Below, piece by piece: positions 10,325 through 19,556 of a stretch of 64,000 nucleotides of DNA. The position numbers were made by a program, and so were the translations under genes. The DNA is from Nannocystales bacterium (GTDB lineage: Bacteria; Myxococcota_A; Polyangia; Nannocystales; Nannocystaceae). Position 1 is the stretch's first letter. Every line of letters begins with the position of its first letter. Where the stretch lies: contig JBOEGF010000010.1 of assembly GCA_050633305.1 (NCBI GenBank), positions 672,001 to 736,000 on the forward strand. Direction: 5' to 3'. The notes beneath the pieces were generated by a model, which saw only the letters and a list, made by a program, of their open reading frames with translations, did no database searches and was not told where the DNA came from.

Positions 10325-11584
10325 ATGGGCATGCTTCTGCACCGCGCTTCGGCCGTCCTCACGTTGGCCGGCGACATGGGCCCACGTCGTGGGGCGGCAA
10401 TGTCCGACCTCCGGGTCATCAAGAACGGCAGCGTCGCGGTCACCGATGAGGGCACCATCGCTTGGGTCGGACCCGCAGACGAGGTCCCATCGTCGCTGCG
10501 TCGGACCGGGGTGATCGACTGCACGGGAGACACCTTGATGCCCGCGTTCGTCGATTCGCACACCCACTTGGTGTGGGGCGGCGACCGGAAGGATGAACTC
10601 GAGCAGCGGCTCGGAGGCGCCGACTACGAAGAGATCTTCGCCGCCGGCGGTGGAATCCTCAGTTCCGTCCGCCAAACCCGGGCATTGTCCGAGGACGACC
10701 TGTACCTGGAATCGCTGGCTCGGATCTCGCGCATGCGCAGGGCGGGCACGACGACGTTTGAGATCAAGAGCGGGTACGGGCTCGATCTCGACACCGAACT
10801 CAAGCAGCTTCGGGTCATCCGGCGTCTTCGTGACGAGGGCGGGTTCCGAGTGACGGCGACCTGCCTCGCCGCACATGCGGTCCCGGCGGAGGCCCGCGGG
10901 ACAGATGCCGAACGAGCCGCGTTTCTCACCCGCGTCATCGAGGAGATCCTTCCGGCCGTGGCCGAGGAGGGTCTCGCCGACTCTTGTGATGTCTTCTGTG
11001 ACCGTGGGGCGTTCACCCCGGAGGAGTCGCGCGCGGTATTGACCAAGGCGCTTGAGCTCGACCTCGAGCTGCGGGTCCACGCCAACGAGTTCGGACACAC
11101 CGGAGGGGCGGCACTGGCGGCCGAACTCGGTGCAGCCTCCGCCGACCACCTGTTGGCCCTCGACGCGAAGGAGCGCGCGGGTCTGCGCGAGGCGGGCGTT
11201 GTTGCCACGTTGCTGCCGGGGACCTCCATGGTGCTCGGAAAGCCGTTTGCAGACGGTCGTGCATTGGTCGAGGACGGAGTCGCGGTGGCGGTGGCCTCCG
11301 ACTGCAACCCGGGCTCATGCGCGCTGGAGAACCTTGCTGTCGTGCTCGGCCTCGCCTGCTACGGCAACCGTCTCTCACCCGCAGAAGCCATCTGCGCGGT
11401 GACACACAACGCCGCGGCTTCCATGGGCCTGGACGACCAGGTGGGTTCTCTTCGCCCCGGACGGCAAGCAGACATCGTGCGTCTGGCGACCGAGGACTAT
11501 CGAGACCTCGTCTACCACGCTGGCTCGCCGCTGCTTCGGACTGTCTATCAGGCAGGCACCCCCATTCGCGGCGGGCACTCGTAG
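10325..11584 (+). CDS. hutI: Imidazolonepropionase
   Basis: DSHTH, GGGILSSV, EIKSGYG, DVFCD, HANE, SADHL, SDCNPG; starts 3 bp after hutU. Confidence 0.95.
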   Translation: MGMLLHRASAVLTLAGDMGPRRGAAMSDLRVIKNGSVAVTDEGTIAWVGPADEVPSSLRRTGVIDCTGDTLMPAFVDSHTHLVWGGDRKDELEQRLGGADYEEIFAAGGGILSSVRQTRALSEDDLYLESLARISRMRRAGTTTFEIKSGYGLDLDTELKQLRVIRRLRDEGGFRVTATCLAAHAVPAEARGTDAERAAFLTRVIEEILPAVAEEGLADSCDVFCDRGAFTPEESRAVLTKALELDLELRVHANEFGHTGGAALAAELGAASADHLLALDAKERAGLREAGVVATLLPGTSMVLGKPFADGRALVEDGVAVAVASDCNPGSCALENLAVVLGLACYGNRLSPAEAICAVTHNAAASMGLDDQVGSLRPGRQADIVRLATEDYRDLVYHAGSPLLRTVYQAGTPIRGGHS

Positions 11585-11601
11585 TACGCTCCGCGGTACG
11601 C

Positions 11602-12213
11602 ATGGGTTCCGGTCTCGAAGAGCTTGGTATTACCGACGACGACGGTGATGCTCCATTGGGGGGCTTGCAGCAGCAGCAGCCGCCCGCTCCGCACGGTGGT
11701 CCGGACAAGGTCAGTGCCAGCACGTCCCCGAGCAGTGACGACTTGACCGCGGACTTCGAGCGACAGCTCCGCAAGGTCAGCCTCTTCGAAGGGCTGCTTC
11801 CCGTCCACCTGCGGCGCATCGCATCTCTCGTCCATGAGGTCAGACTCGAGCGCGGACAGGCGGTGTTTCGACACGGTGACGAAGGCGACGGCCTCTACCT
11901 CATCGTAGAGGGCGCCATTCGAATCTCCCGCAATGTTTCGGGTATTGGGGAGGAGGCTCTCGCTGTCCTCGCGCCGGGAATGTACTTCGGCGAGATGTCG
12001 ATCGTGGACGACGACTGTCCGCGTTCGGCCGATGCGATCGCCCACGAGTCGGCTCGGCTGTTGATGCTGCCGAAGGACGACCTCCGCGACCTGATGTTTG
12101 TCGATCGGGAACTCGCGTACGAGTTGCTGTGGCGGTTCGTCCGTACGCTCAGCCGCCGTCTCCGGGAATCGAACGACCGTCTGCTCATGCTGACGGTCAG
12201 CTCGAAGTTCTAA
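11602..12213 (+). CDS. Stand-alone cyclic nucleotide-binding domain protein
   Basis: VFRHGDEGDGLYLI, FGEMS, PRSADAIA; no HTH domain; start taken at ATG 11602. Confidence 0.85.
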   Translation: MGSGLEELGITDDDGDAPLGGLQQQQPPAPHGGPDKVSASTSPSSDDLTADFERQLRKVSLFEGLLPVHLRRIASLVHEVRLERGQAVFRHGDEGDGLYLIVEGAIRISRNVSGIGEEALAVLAPGMYFGEMSIVDDDCPRSADAIAHESARLLMLPKDDLRDLMFVDRELAYELLWRFVRTLSRRLRESNDRLLMLTVSSKF

Positions 12214-12272
12214 CCCGGCGAAACTCGACGCCGAGCTAGGGACGCCCCTAGAACATGGAGTCCGGGTAAGGC

Positions 12273-13130
12273 CTACATCGACAGGCGTGTCTCGAGTTTT
12301 CCGAACGCATCGCGGCACGACTCGCGGACGGGCATCGAGTAGTTGGACCCCTCAAACTTGTCGGTCCACGCCAGGCTCTGGAGCGGCTTGATGTGCTTCT
12401 CTTCGCCCACCTTGGCGAGGCCGGTGCAGGACTTCGCCCGCACATACCCATCGTCGGAGAGCAGACCCTTCTCGAAGATTGCGACCGCGCCCTCGCACTC
12501 CTTCTCCACGAGGATTGCGACGTACGTTGAGTTGTCTCCGTAGGTTCCCGATGCGGCGAGGTAGTCGTCACAGGTCCCGCCGGCCTTCTTTTCGCGTTGC
12601 AGTCCCAGAAGGTGGGCAAGCACGGCGGTCCCGACCTGGGGGGTCATCTCTCCTCCGGCGGTTGTCTGAGTGAGGAACGCCTTCTCGAGCCGGTCGTCCA
12701 TCGGTCGGATGCCAACGCTGCCGATCATGGGCACGAAGTCGTTGAAGTAGACATCCCACTTTTCACATTCGGCGAGGGAAAGCGCCATCGCCTCGGTCAT
12801 GGGCTGGGTGAGACCGATGTCGTCCTTCGCCCCGGTGTACTCGTTCCACGCTGTATCGCATTGCATGTTCGCGGCGTTGGCTGCGAAGACCTCTTGATAT
12901 CCCAGGCACCAGTCCCTCTTCTTGCCGGTCTCGGGGGTGCCTGCACATTCGGTCTTGAGCTTGGAAAGGTCTTTCTTCGCCACCGTTGCCTCGAGCGCCT
13001 TCTTGTCCGCAGCCGCCGCTGCAGCGGCGTCGTCGCTCTTCTTCTTCTGGACGAAGTGCGAGATGACCGTACATCCAGTTTGTGTGAAGCAGGCAGCGGC
13101 GAGGATCGAGGCGATGATGTGCTTGTTCAT
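12273..13130 (-). CDS. Hypothetical lipoprotein with C-terminal HEAT-like repeat
   Basis: Signal/lipobox MNKHIIASILAAACFTQTGC; GGAG RBS upstream; GLLSDDGYVRAKSCTGLAKVG resembles a HEAT repeat. Confidence 0.65.
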   Translation of the reverse strand: MNKHIIASILAAACFTQTGCTVISHFVQKKKSDDAAAAAAADKKALEATVAKKDLSKLKTECAGTPETGKKRDWCLGYQEVFAANAANMQCDTAWNEYTGAKDDIGLTQPMTEAMALSLAECEKWDVYFNDFVPMIGSVGIRPMDDRLEKAFLTQTTAGGEMTPQVGTAVLAHLLGLQREKKAGGTCDDYLAASGTYGDNSTYVAILVEKECEGAVAIFEKGLLSDDGYVRAKSCTGLAKVGEEKHIKPLQSLAWTDKFEGSNYSMPVRESCRDAFGKLETRLSM

Positions 13131-13285
13131 GGCGTGGTCTCCGTGAACCAGTCCTCTGGAGACAGGGTGCAAGCCTGGACTCTTCGGGGATGGCCGCCCT
13201 TTCAGACGGCCGGGCTGCGTGACGGTTGCGGGGATAAACTCGAATCGCCGCAGGGTTTTTCCGGTTTTGCAAGCGGAGTTCCCTG

Positions 13286-13328
13286 ATCGGGAAGTGGGGT
13301 TCGGGCACGAGGGATCGAATCGGGAAGT
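13286..13328. promoter_or_regulatory. Direct repeat ATCGGGAAGT x2, 33 bp apart, in a divergent intergenic region
   Basis: Exact 10-mers at 13286-13295 and 13319-13328 between divergently transcribed genes. Confidence 0.35.
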
Positions 13329-13444
13329 TCGGCCAACGGTCCCGGGGTGCCACCCCCCCTGATGGGTCAATCTGGGCCAATCGGCCGCACCGAACGAGGC
13401 GTGTTGGCCGCATCGACTGTCTCCAGGACTGCTACCCTGATGTC

Positions 13445-14644
13445 ATGGCAGCTCCGGTCCCCAAGAACGAGTCCGAGCGGCTCCGACGTTTGCGTCGGTA
13501 CGGGATTCTGGACACGCCGCCGACTCCCCGCTTCGACAGAATCGTGCGGTTGGCAGGTCGTCTGCTGGACTGTCCGATCGCTCTTGTGTCGCTCGTCGAC
13601 GAGCACCGGCAGTGGTTCAAAGCTCGCGTTGGGCTCGACGCATCACAGACTCCCCGAGCGGACGCATTCTGCGCTCATACAATCATGGGGGAGGACGTTT
13701 TGGTCGTGACGGATGCCGCGACAGACCCACGCTTTGCCGACAACCCTCTCGTCATGGGCGACCCCGACATTCGATTCTATGCGGGTGCGCCGCTCATCGT
13801 GGGCGGGGGCCTGGCGATGGGCACGTTGTGTGTCATCGATCGCAAGCCACGCGAACTCGACGAGGCAGGGCGCGCCGTGCTGGCCGACCTCGCGCAGATG
13901 GTCGTCGACGCGATGGAGCACCATCGACACGCGGCGACGCGGGTGCAGGCACACCTCGAACTCGCGAGCGCGCACGACGAGCTTCGCGCGATCAGCGATG
14001 CGATCAGCCGCGATGTACGAGCCCCGCTGCGGCAGCTCGGTGCGCTCTTGGAGCTGTTCGAGAGCGACCACCGTGCCACGCTCTCCGAGGGCGCCATCCT
14101 AGAGCTCGAGGAGGTCCGCCGAGTCCGTGCCCGCGCCGATGAGGCCATTCGTGGAATGACCGAGCTGGCCCGGCTTCCTCGCGACAGGAAACTCGAGTGC
14201 GAGGACGTCAATGTCGCTCCCATCCTCAGGGAGCTCACCGAGACGATGCGCGCGTTCTATCCGGAGATGACGCTGCTATGCGACCTTCCCGAACGACCCG
14301 TCACCGCCAACGAGCCGCTGCTCCGCCAGCTGTTGCAGCACCTGGTCGACAACGGGTTCAAGCACGGTGGCCGCAACGTCCGGGTAGAGTTCTCGTTTGA
14401 CGACGTCCGCACGCGAATCTCTGTCTTGGATGACGGCCCGGGGATCTCAGCGGTTCACAACCAGATGATCTTCGAGCCTTTCCGACGTCTCGTTCCCGAT
14501 TCGGTTCCGGGCACGGGAGTTGGCCTGACGGTTGTGAAGCGGATCGTCGAAGCGCACCGTGGCAGCGTGTTCGTTGAGCCCGACCGGATCGGTGGGTCGG
14601 CGTTTGTCGTCGAGCTTCCGTTCGATGATCCTCAGGGCGAATAG
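13445..14644 (+). CDS. GAF-domain sensor histidine kinase-like protein (H-box His replaced by Arg)
   Basis: GAF motifs (FCAHTI, DPRFADNPLV, RFYAGAPL, GTLCVID); H-box reads SRDVRAPL; N, G1, F and G2 boxes present. Confidence 0.88.
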   Translation: MAAPVPKNESERLRRLRRYGILDTPPTPRFDRIVRLAGRLLDCPIALVSLVDEHRQWFKARVGLDASQTPRADAFCAHTIMGEDVLVVTDAATDPRFADNPLVMGDPDIRFYAGAPLIVGGGLAMGTLCVIDRKPRELDEAGRAVLADLAQMVVDAMEHHRHAATRVQAHLELASAHDELRAISDAISRDVRAPLRQLGALLELFESDHRATLSEGAILELEEVRRVRARADEAIRGMTELARLPRDRKLECEDVNVAPILRELTETMRAFYPEMTLLCDLPERPVTANEPLLRQLLQHLVDNGFKHGGRNVRVEFSFDDVRTRISVLDDGPGISAVHNQMIFEPFRRLVPDSVPGTGVGLTVVKRIVEAHRGSVFVEPDRIGGSAFVVELPFDDPQGE

Positions 14645-14700
14645 AGGGGGGTGCTGCTGCGGCCCACGATGTGCGGGACGCCGTGCTGGGCAACCAATGC

Positions 14701-14735
14701 AAAAGAGGCGGCCGGGTGAACCCGAGCCGCCTCTT
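14701..14735 (-). terminator. Rho-independent terminator after atpE
   Basis: Inverted repeat AAGAGGCGGC..GCCGCCTCTT followed by a T-run on the minus strand, about 25 bp after the atpE stop. Confidence 0.75.
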
Positions 14736-14760
14736 GAGGTTTGCGCCGAGGCGCGGTGGC

Positions 14761-15078
14761 TTAGCCCATCTTGCCCGAAACGATGAGCGCGACGACGAGG
14801 GTGAAGATGACCAGCGACTCGATGAACGCGAGCGACAGAAGCAGCGGCGTGAACACCTTGTCGGCGGAGCCGGGGTTGCGGCAGATGCCGTCGAGGGCTG
14901 CTGAAGCGGCACGGCCCTGGCCGAGACCACCACCGACTGCGGCGATAGCGACGCCGAAGCACATGCAGACGGCGAAAATACCGTCGTTGGGACCACCGGC
15001 TGCCGGCGCAGCAAGTGCCACGGCGGGAGCAAGGAACGCGGCGGCGAAGGCGGAGAGCGTTGCAATGCGGTTCTTCAT
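14761..15078 (-). CDS. atpE: F0 ATP synthase subunit c
   Basis: GGGLGQG glycine stripe, RNP loop, FIESL ion-binding Glu; adjacent to atpB. Confidence 0.95.
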   Translation of the reverse strand: MKNRIATLSAFAAAFLAPAVALAAPAAGGPNDGIFAVCMCFGVAIAAVGGGLGQGRAASAALDGICRNPGSADKVFTPLLLSLAFIESLVIFTLVVALIVSGKMG

Positions 15079-15120
15079 GATGTCTCTTCTTTTCTGAGCA
15101 GCTCGATGGGAGCTGGAGAT

Positions 15121-15903
15121 CTAGTGGCCCTCGCCGTGGGAAACAGCGAGCCCGATGTAAATGATGGTGAGCAGGGTGAAGACGAGGGTCTGGACGATCG
15201 CGACCAACACCCCGAGCAGCAAGAACGGAACCGGAAGCAGAAGCGCGACCAGGCCCGCGATGGCGCCGACGACCTTGTGGTCAGCGACGATGTTGCCAAG
15301 CAGTCGCAGCGCCAGGGAGACCGGGCGAGCGATGTGGCTAGCAAGTTCGATAGGAAGGAACAGCGGAGCCATGAGAGGCAGGCCGCCGATGCTTGGGCCG
15401 AGGAACTCACCGAGGAAGTGCTTCGGGTTCCGCAGCACACCGACGCTGACGTAGATGACGAACACGATGAGCGAGAGCCCAAGGTTGGTCTTCAGCGTGT
15501 CGGTGGGGGGCAAGAAGCCCGGGATGAGTCCCTGGATGTTGCAGCAGAAGATGAACAGCGCCAGGGAGCCGGTGATGGGGAGGTACCGCTTGGCGTTCTC
15601 CTCACCCATGACATCGACCGAGAACTTGTAGACCGCTCCGACGAAGCCATCCATCATCGACGCAAGGTTGAACTTGCGCGGGGGGACCACACCGCCGGTG
15701 GAGTCGCTGAGACTGCCCCGGTAGCGGAAGGTCGCCACAAAGATGAGCGCGCAGGCGAGCAGAGCGCCAACGACGTGGATGAGCGTAAAGTGGCTGTCCC
15801 CAAAGATGAGGAACGGCTCTTTGCGCGCGAGCATCGGCTCGAATGCCGCCTCGAGCGAATGCCAGAACGGCAGAATCGAGTACCAGGTGTCGTGGTCGCC
15901 CAT
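15121..15903 (-). CDS. atpB: F0 ATP synthase subunit a
   Basis: GLIPG, PIELASHIARPVSLALRLLGN, and VQTLVFTLLTIIY motifs. Confidence 0.95.
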   Translation of the reverse strand: MGDHDTWYSILPFWHSLEAAFEPMLARKEPFLIFGDSHFTLIHVVGALLACALIFVATFRYRGSLSDSTGGVVPPRKFNLASMMDGFVGAVYKFSVDVMGEENAKRYLPITGSLALFIFCCNIQGLIPGFLPPTDTLKTNLGLSLIVFVIYVSVGVLRNPKHFLGEFLGPSIGGLPLMAPLFLPIELASHIARPVSLALRLLGNIVADHKVVGAIAGLVALLLPVPFLLLGVLVAIVQTLVFTLLTIIYIGLAVSHGEGH

Positions 15904-15950
15904 AGCCGTGAGGGGGTCCTAGCGGCAGAACGCCGCGTCGGGTCGGCGGG

Positions 15951-15979
15951 CATGTACCAAACCATGACGATGTGTGCAA
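15951..15979 (-). promoter_or_regulatory. Candidate sigma70-type promoter for atpBE
   Basis: Minus strand TTGCAC-17 bp-TACATG with TG upstream of the -10, about 50 bp before the atpB ATG. Confidence 0.35.
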
Positions 15980-16296
15980 GATGGCGAAGCCCCGCTGGGA
16001 GCCCATTTTCGCCCGAATTTCGCCCGAATCGAGCGCCTGGGATCGAGGTCCCTCACGTCCCGTGGGCCCCCTTGCCGTAGACCCGCGGGATCGTTCAGTT
16101 GATCGCAGAACCGGCTGGGCGTGACAGGCGCGAGATCTGGTCCGATCCCTGCGACCCGGCCGCGGGGAATGCGACGAGGGGCGGTGGCGGCGGTCCTCAC
16201 CGACTGGGAACGTTCCTGCGACTGAGGGACTGGGACGCGGCCACGCGCGCATCTACGGTAAGCCGGCCGCACCGCCGCTGGACGTACGGTGGTCCC

Positions 16297-17316
16297 GTGA
16301 GGGGATTGATTCGAAGGATTGCGTTGGTCGCGCTCGGTCTCTCGGCGTGCGCCGACGGGGAGGGCAGTGCAGCCGGGTTCGCGGGAGCGACGGGATCCGA
16401 CTCGAGTGGGGGCTCAGCGCCGAGCAGCGACAGCGGCGCCTCGAGTGGAGGGGTCCCTGCGACCTCCGGGACGTCGAGCGGCACCCCCTCCGGTACGGTC
16501 TCTTCGTCGGGGCCCGGCGACAGCGACGGGTCCAGCACGGGGTCGACTTCGGGTGCAGGAGACTGCGTGCCTCATACGCCGTGGCTCTACGCTGACTTCG
16601 AGGCTCCGGCCCCCGGCGGCAGCCTGAGCGACAACAGCCCGTTCAACACAGCGGGCCGTACCGTAACCACAGACCTCCAAGCCTACGCGGGGGCTCAGGC
16701 AGCGCAGATGGAGATCCGCAGCGGTGACGCGGGTGGGTTCGGTCAGTGGGGCGGCGTGGTTTCGCTGCCGGATCTACCCGAGGGCGAGACGATCTGGGTT
16801 CGGTTGTGGGCGTACTGGCCGAGCGACTTCGAGTTTTCCGCGGCACCGTGGATGAAGTTCATCCGACTCCACAACCGAATGGCGGATGGGAGCAACGGTG
16901 GCTACAACGATCTGTATATCGACAACGCCGATGGTCCCGACTCGGTGCTTCGAGTCATCAAAGAAACCCACGACGTGTGGGAGGTCTATGACGGAGACCC
17001 GATCCCGCGGGAGCTCTGGGAGCGGTACGAAATGCAGATCGTCGTGGACGACACCCCTGTCGATGACGGGGGCGAGGCCCGATTCCGAGTGTGGCGGGAC
17101 GACGCCCTGATTTTCGACCGAACCGATGTCCCGACCGTGAACGGCGAAGGCGGCGTGCTCGACGGGCTGTACCTCTTCACCTACTGGAACAACGAGATGC
17201 CGCCGGACAACCAAATGTACATCGACGAACTCGCGATCACGTTCGGCGACAACCCGCCGCCCTCAGTCGACGAGCGCGGGTTGCCCTACTTTGGCGACTG
17301 GCTGCCCTGCCGTTGA
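16297..17316 (+). CDS. Lipoprotein with beta-jelly-roll domain resembling polysaccharide lyase/ConA-like folds
   Basis: Lipobox LGLSAC, S/G/T linker, then ADFE, WVRLWAYWP, MKF, FRVWRD and MYIDELAI strands. Confidence 0.55.
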   Translation: MRGLIRRIALVALGLSACADGEGSAAGFAGATGSDSSGGSAPSSDSGASSGGVPATSGTSSGTPSGTVSSSGPGDSDGSSTGSTSGAGDCVPHTPWLYADFEAPAPGGSLSDNSPFNTAGRTVTTDLQAYAGAQAAQMEIRSGDAGGFGQWGGVVSLPDLPEGETIWVRLWAYWPSDFEFSAAPWMKFIRLHNRMADGSNGGYNDLYIDNADGPDSVLRVIKETHDVWEVYDGDPIPRELWERYEMQIVVDDTPVDDGGEARFRVWRDDALIFDRTDVPTVNGEGGVLDGLYLFTYWNNEMPPDNQMYIDELAITFGDNPPPSVDERGLPYFGDWLPCR

Positions 17317-17329
17317 GGAGCCCGAACCG

Positions 17330-18559
17330 TCAGCCTGGCAAGATCGTCTCGCAGCCGAAGCCGATGTTGATCACGCCATCTTCGATCCCCTGAATCGTCT
17401 TGCAGCTCTGGGGGCACAGGAAGATTTGGGTCGGGTCGGCCGGGTCGTCGTAGTACCAGCCATCCGGCACGAGGCCGCAGCCCTCGAGGTCGTCCACGCG
17501 CGGGATCGCATCGAGTCCACCCATCGCAGAGCCGACCTCCACGTTGACCTCGTCGGGATCGAGGACCTCACCCGCCGGCGGGTCGGGGATGGGGAACTCG
17601 CAGGCGACTTGGGCCCCATCGAGGACGGCGGTGGTCAGCGCGTCGAAAACGGCCTGGAAGTCCTGGTCGCACAGATCCGCGGCGATGCCCCCGGTCGCGA
17701 TGGACAGGTCGATGTAGTCCTGCCCGATGCTTGCAGCGCTGTCGCAGTCGGAGTGGGAGACGACCGAGTGATGGAAGTAGCCCTCGTAGTTCGCGTCGAG
17801 CGCGAGGAAGTCCGTGTCGAAGTCATCATCGGACATGTTCGGATCGTCGTCGCTGATGATCACGACGTGCTTGGACGAGTTCTTGCGAATCGATGGCTGC
17901 CAATCGGTGAAGCTATCGAGCAGGTCATCCCACGCGTCGTGACTGCCAACGCGGATATCGAGGTGGCGGAAGATGGGGAGATTGGTGTCGTTGTCCGGGC
18001 AGTCCCCGACGCCCAGTGGCGCATCGATGCAGATACCGTTGCCGTTGTCGGGGTAGCTGGAGATGAGGACCACCTGAGCATCGACGCCGCTGTCGAGGAT
18101 CTGGGTACTGAAGTCGTTGAGCCGCTCCTGCACCTCGGTCGCCTCAAACGACATCGACCCCGAGTTGTCGACGACGAAGATGATGTCAGCGGGCAGCGGT
18201 ACGAGCTCGGCCTCGGCGCTGACGGCCGCACACTCGGCCTCTCCGGTGCTGCTCTCCGCCTCGCTGTCCGAGCTTTGCACCCCGGTCGTTCCGCTGGTCG
18301 GGTCTGTGTCTGACGCCGGGGATGTTGTGCTCGAGGCGGTGGTGCTTCCCGTGCTTCCCGTCGCGGTCGCCGAGTCGCTCTCGGCCGTGTCACTGGCCTG
18401 GGTGGAGCCGTCGGTCCCCGGCGTGTCCGTTTGCCCGGCGGTCACGATGCCGTCGGTTGCCGAGTCGCCAGCCGAGCCTCCGTTGCCGCTCGTTGTTCCA
18501 CAGCCTGTGGCGAGCAGAAGTGCAGCGGCGGGTCCCCATGTCCTCAGTGTCAGTCGCAT
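17330..18559 (-). CDS. vWA-domain lipoprotein (myxobacterial type)
   Basis: Lipobox LATGC, S/T linker, MIDAS motif VDNSGSM, ISDD, and a C-terminal CEFPIP..GWYYD..LCP..C..FGC module. Confidence 0.85.
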   Translation of the reverse strand: MRLTLRTWGPAAALLLATGCGTTSGNGGSAGDSATDGIVTAGQTDTPGTDGSTQASDTAESDSATATGSTGSTTASSTTSPASDTDPTSGTTGVQSSDSEAESSTGEAECAAVSAEAELVPLPADIIFVVDNSGSMSFEATEVQERLNDFSTQILDSGVDAQVVLISSYPDNGNGICIDAPLGVGDCPDNDTNLPIFRHLDIRVGSHDAWDDLLDSFTDWQPSIRKNSSKHVVIISDDDPNMSDDDFDTDFLALDANYEGYFHHSVVSHSDCDSAASIGQDYIDLSIATGGIAADLCDQDFQAVFDALTTAVLDGAQVACEFPIPDPPAGEVLDPDEVNVEVGSAMGGLDAIPRVDDLEGCGLVPDGWYYDDPADPTQIFLCPQSCKTIQGIEDGVINIGFGCETILPG

Positions 18560-18642
18560 CCACCAGCCACGGTATGCGCTCGGTGCAAATCTCTTCGGCA
18601 ATCGAAACTACAATTGCCGGCGTTTCCCAAAAACGACCGGTG

Positions 18643-19026
18643 TCACTGCTGCGCGCGATGTTCTCGCAATGCCGCCGTTGAACCGCCGACAAGTGAGACC
18701 AACGCCCCGATCGCCACACCCTGGGGACTGACCGGGAGGTAGAGCATCACGATTGCCAGTCCGCCGAGGATCAGAGGCCACTTCACCAGCATGGTCACTG
18801 GCAGGGTCCACTTGGAGCCCCGGTGCTCGTCTGGATTGGCGAACATCTTCTGCATCGAGCGCCCCAGCAGGATGAAGTTGAGCGCGCCGAGGGCGGAACC
18901 GCACAGGATGCCCAGCGCGGTCGAGAAGTCCCACATGAACCAGGCGACCAGCATCACCGGGACGGTGAGTGCGACCGTCCATTGAAGGATGCGAGAGAGC
19001 AGGCGGCTGCGGGCTTGATCGTTCAT
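18643..19026 (-). CDS. atpI: ATP synthase subunit I
   Basis: 127 aa, four hydrophobic segments with LGALNF motif; overlaps the upstream AtpZ-like gene; lies upstream of atpB. Confidence 0.75.
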   Translation of the reverse strand: MNDQARSRLLSRILQWTVALTVPVMLVAWFMWDFSTALGILCGSALGALNFILLGRSMQKMFANPDEHRGSKWTLPVTMLVKWPLILGGLAIVMLYLPVSPQGVAIGALVSLVGGSTAALREHRAQQ

Positions 19027-19385
19027 GGCAAAGGGTCGCGTTTCGCCGAGGGCTCGGATTCAGAATCTGTTTCTGCCTGCGCGCGCTCGAAGGCGTCTTG
19101 TTCGCGGAGCTGGCGAGTGTACTTTCGAGCGGTCCGCACGATCGCGCGCGCTGCGGTCGCAACCCCGAGCATCATCCCGATCACCGAAGTCCACGGCGAC
19201 CAGTGGGTGACGTTCTTCTCGAGCCACATCCCGGCTGCGGCACCGAGCACGACCGACACGGCGATCTCGATGCCCAGGGACGAAGCGTCCATGTAGCGGT
19301 ACCACGTGGCCGGCTTGTGCGGCGCCTCTGGCTCGGGATCGGACAACTTGTCTCGGAGCATGGCACCGACCCGGGTCCCCGACAA
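19023..19385 (-). CDS. AtpZ/AtpI family (ATPase gene 1) protein
   Basis: SLGIEIAVSVVLGAAAGMWLE..SPW..IGMMLG two-TM signature. Confidence 0.8.
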   Translation of the reverse strand: MSGTRVGAMLRDKLSDPEPEAPHKPATWYRYMDASSLGIEIAVSVVLGAAAGMWLEKNVTHWSPWTSVIGMMLGVATAARAIVRTARKYTRQLREQDAFERAQAETDSESEPSAKRDPLP

Positions 19386-19556
19386 ACCTTCGCGCCGCGG
19401 GGCCTTCTAAAGATCGCTTCATCGCGTCGGAGGTGCCCGCCGTCTACCGCCCGCCGGTACGCGCAGCCGCGGTAAGACGCCGAGCCCGGGGGTTGATCTA
19501 CGGTGAGCTTGCGCTCGGAGTGGATCTGCGACGTGCACGGCGAGGGTGGGAGCACG

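Noticed and set aside
8651..11584. hutU-hutI without hutH/hutG as a novel pathway
   Set aside because: Split hut loci are common; the other genes may lie outside the window
11602..12213. cNMP-binding protein as the effector of the cyclase at 56867 (Pycsar-like)
   Set aside because: 45 kb apart, no TM or TIR effector domain, and stand-alone cNMP proteins are abundant in myxobacteria
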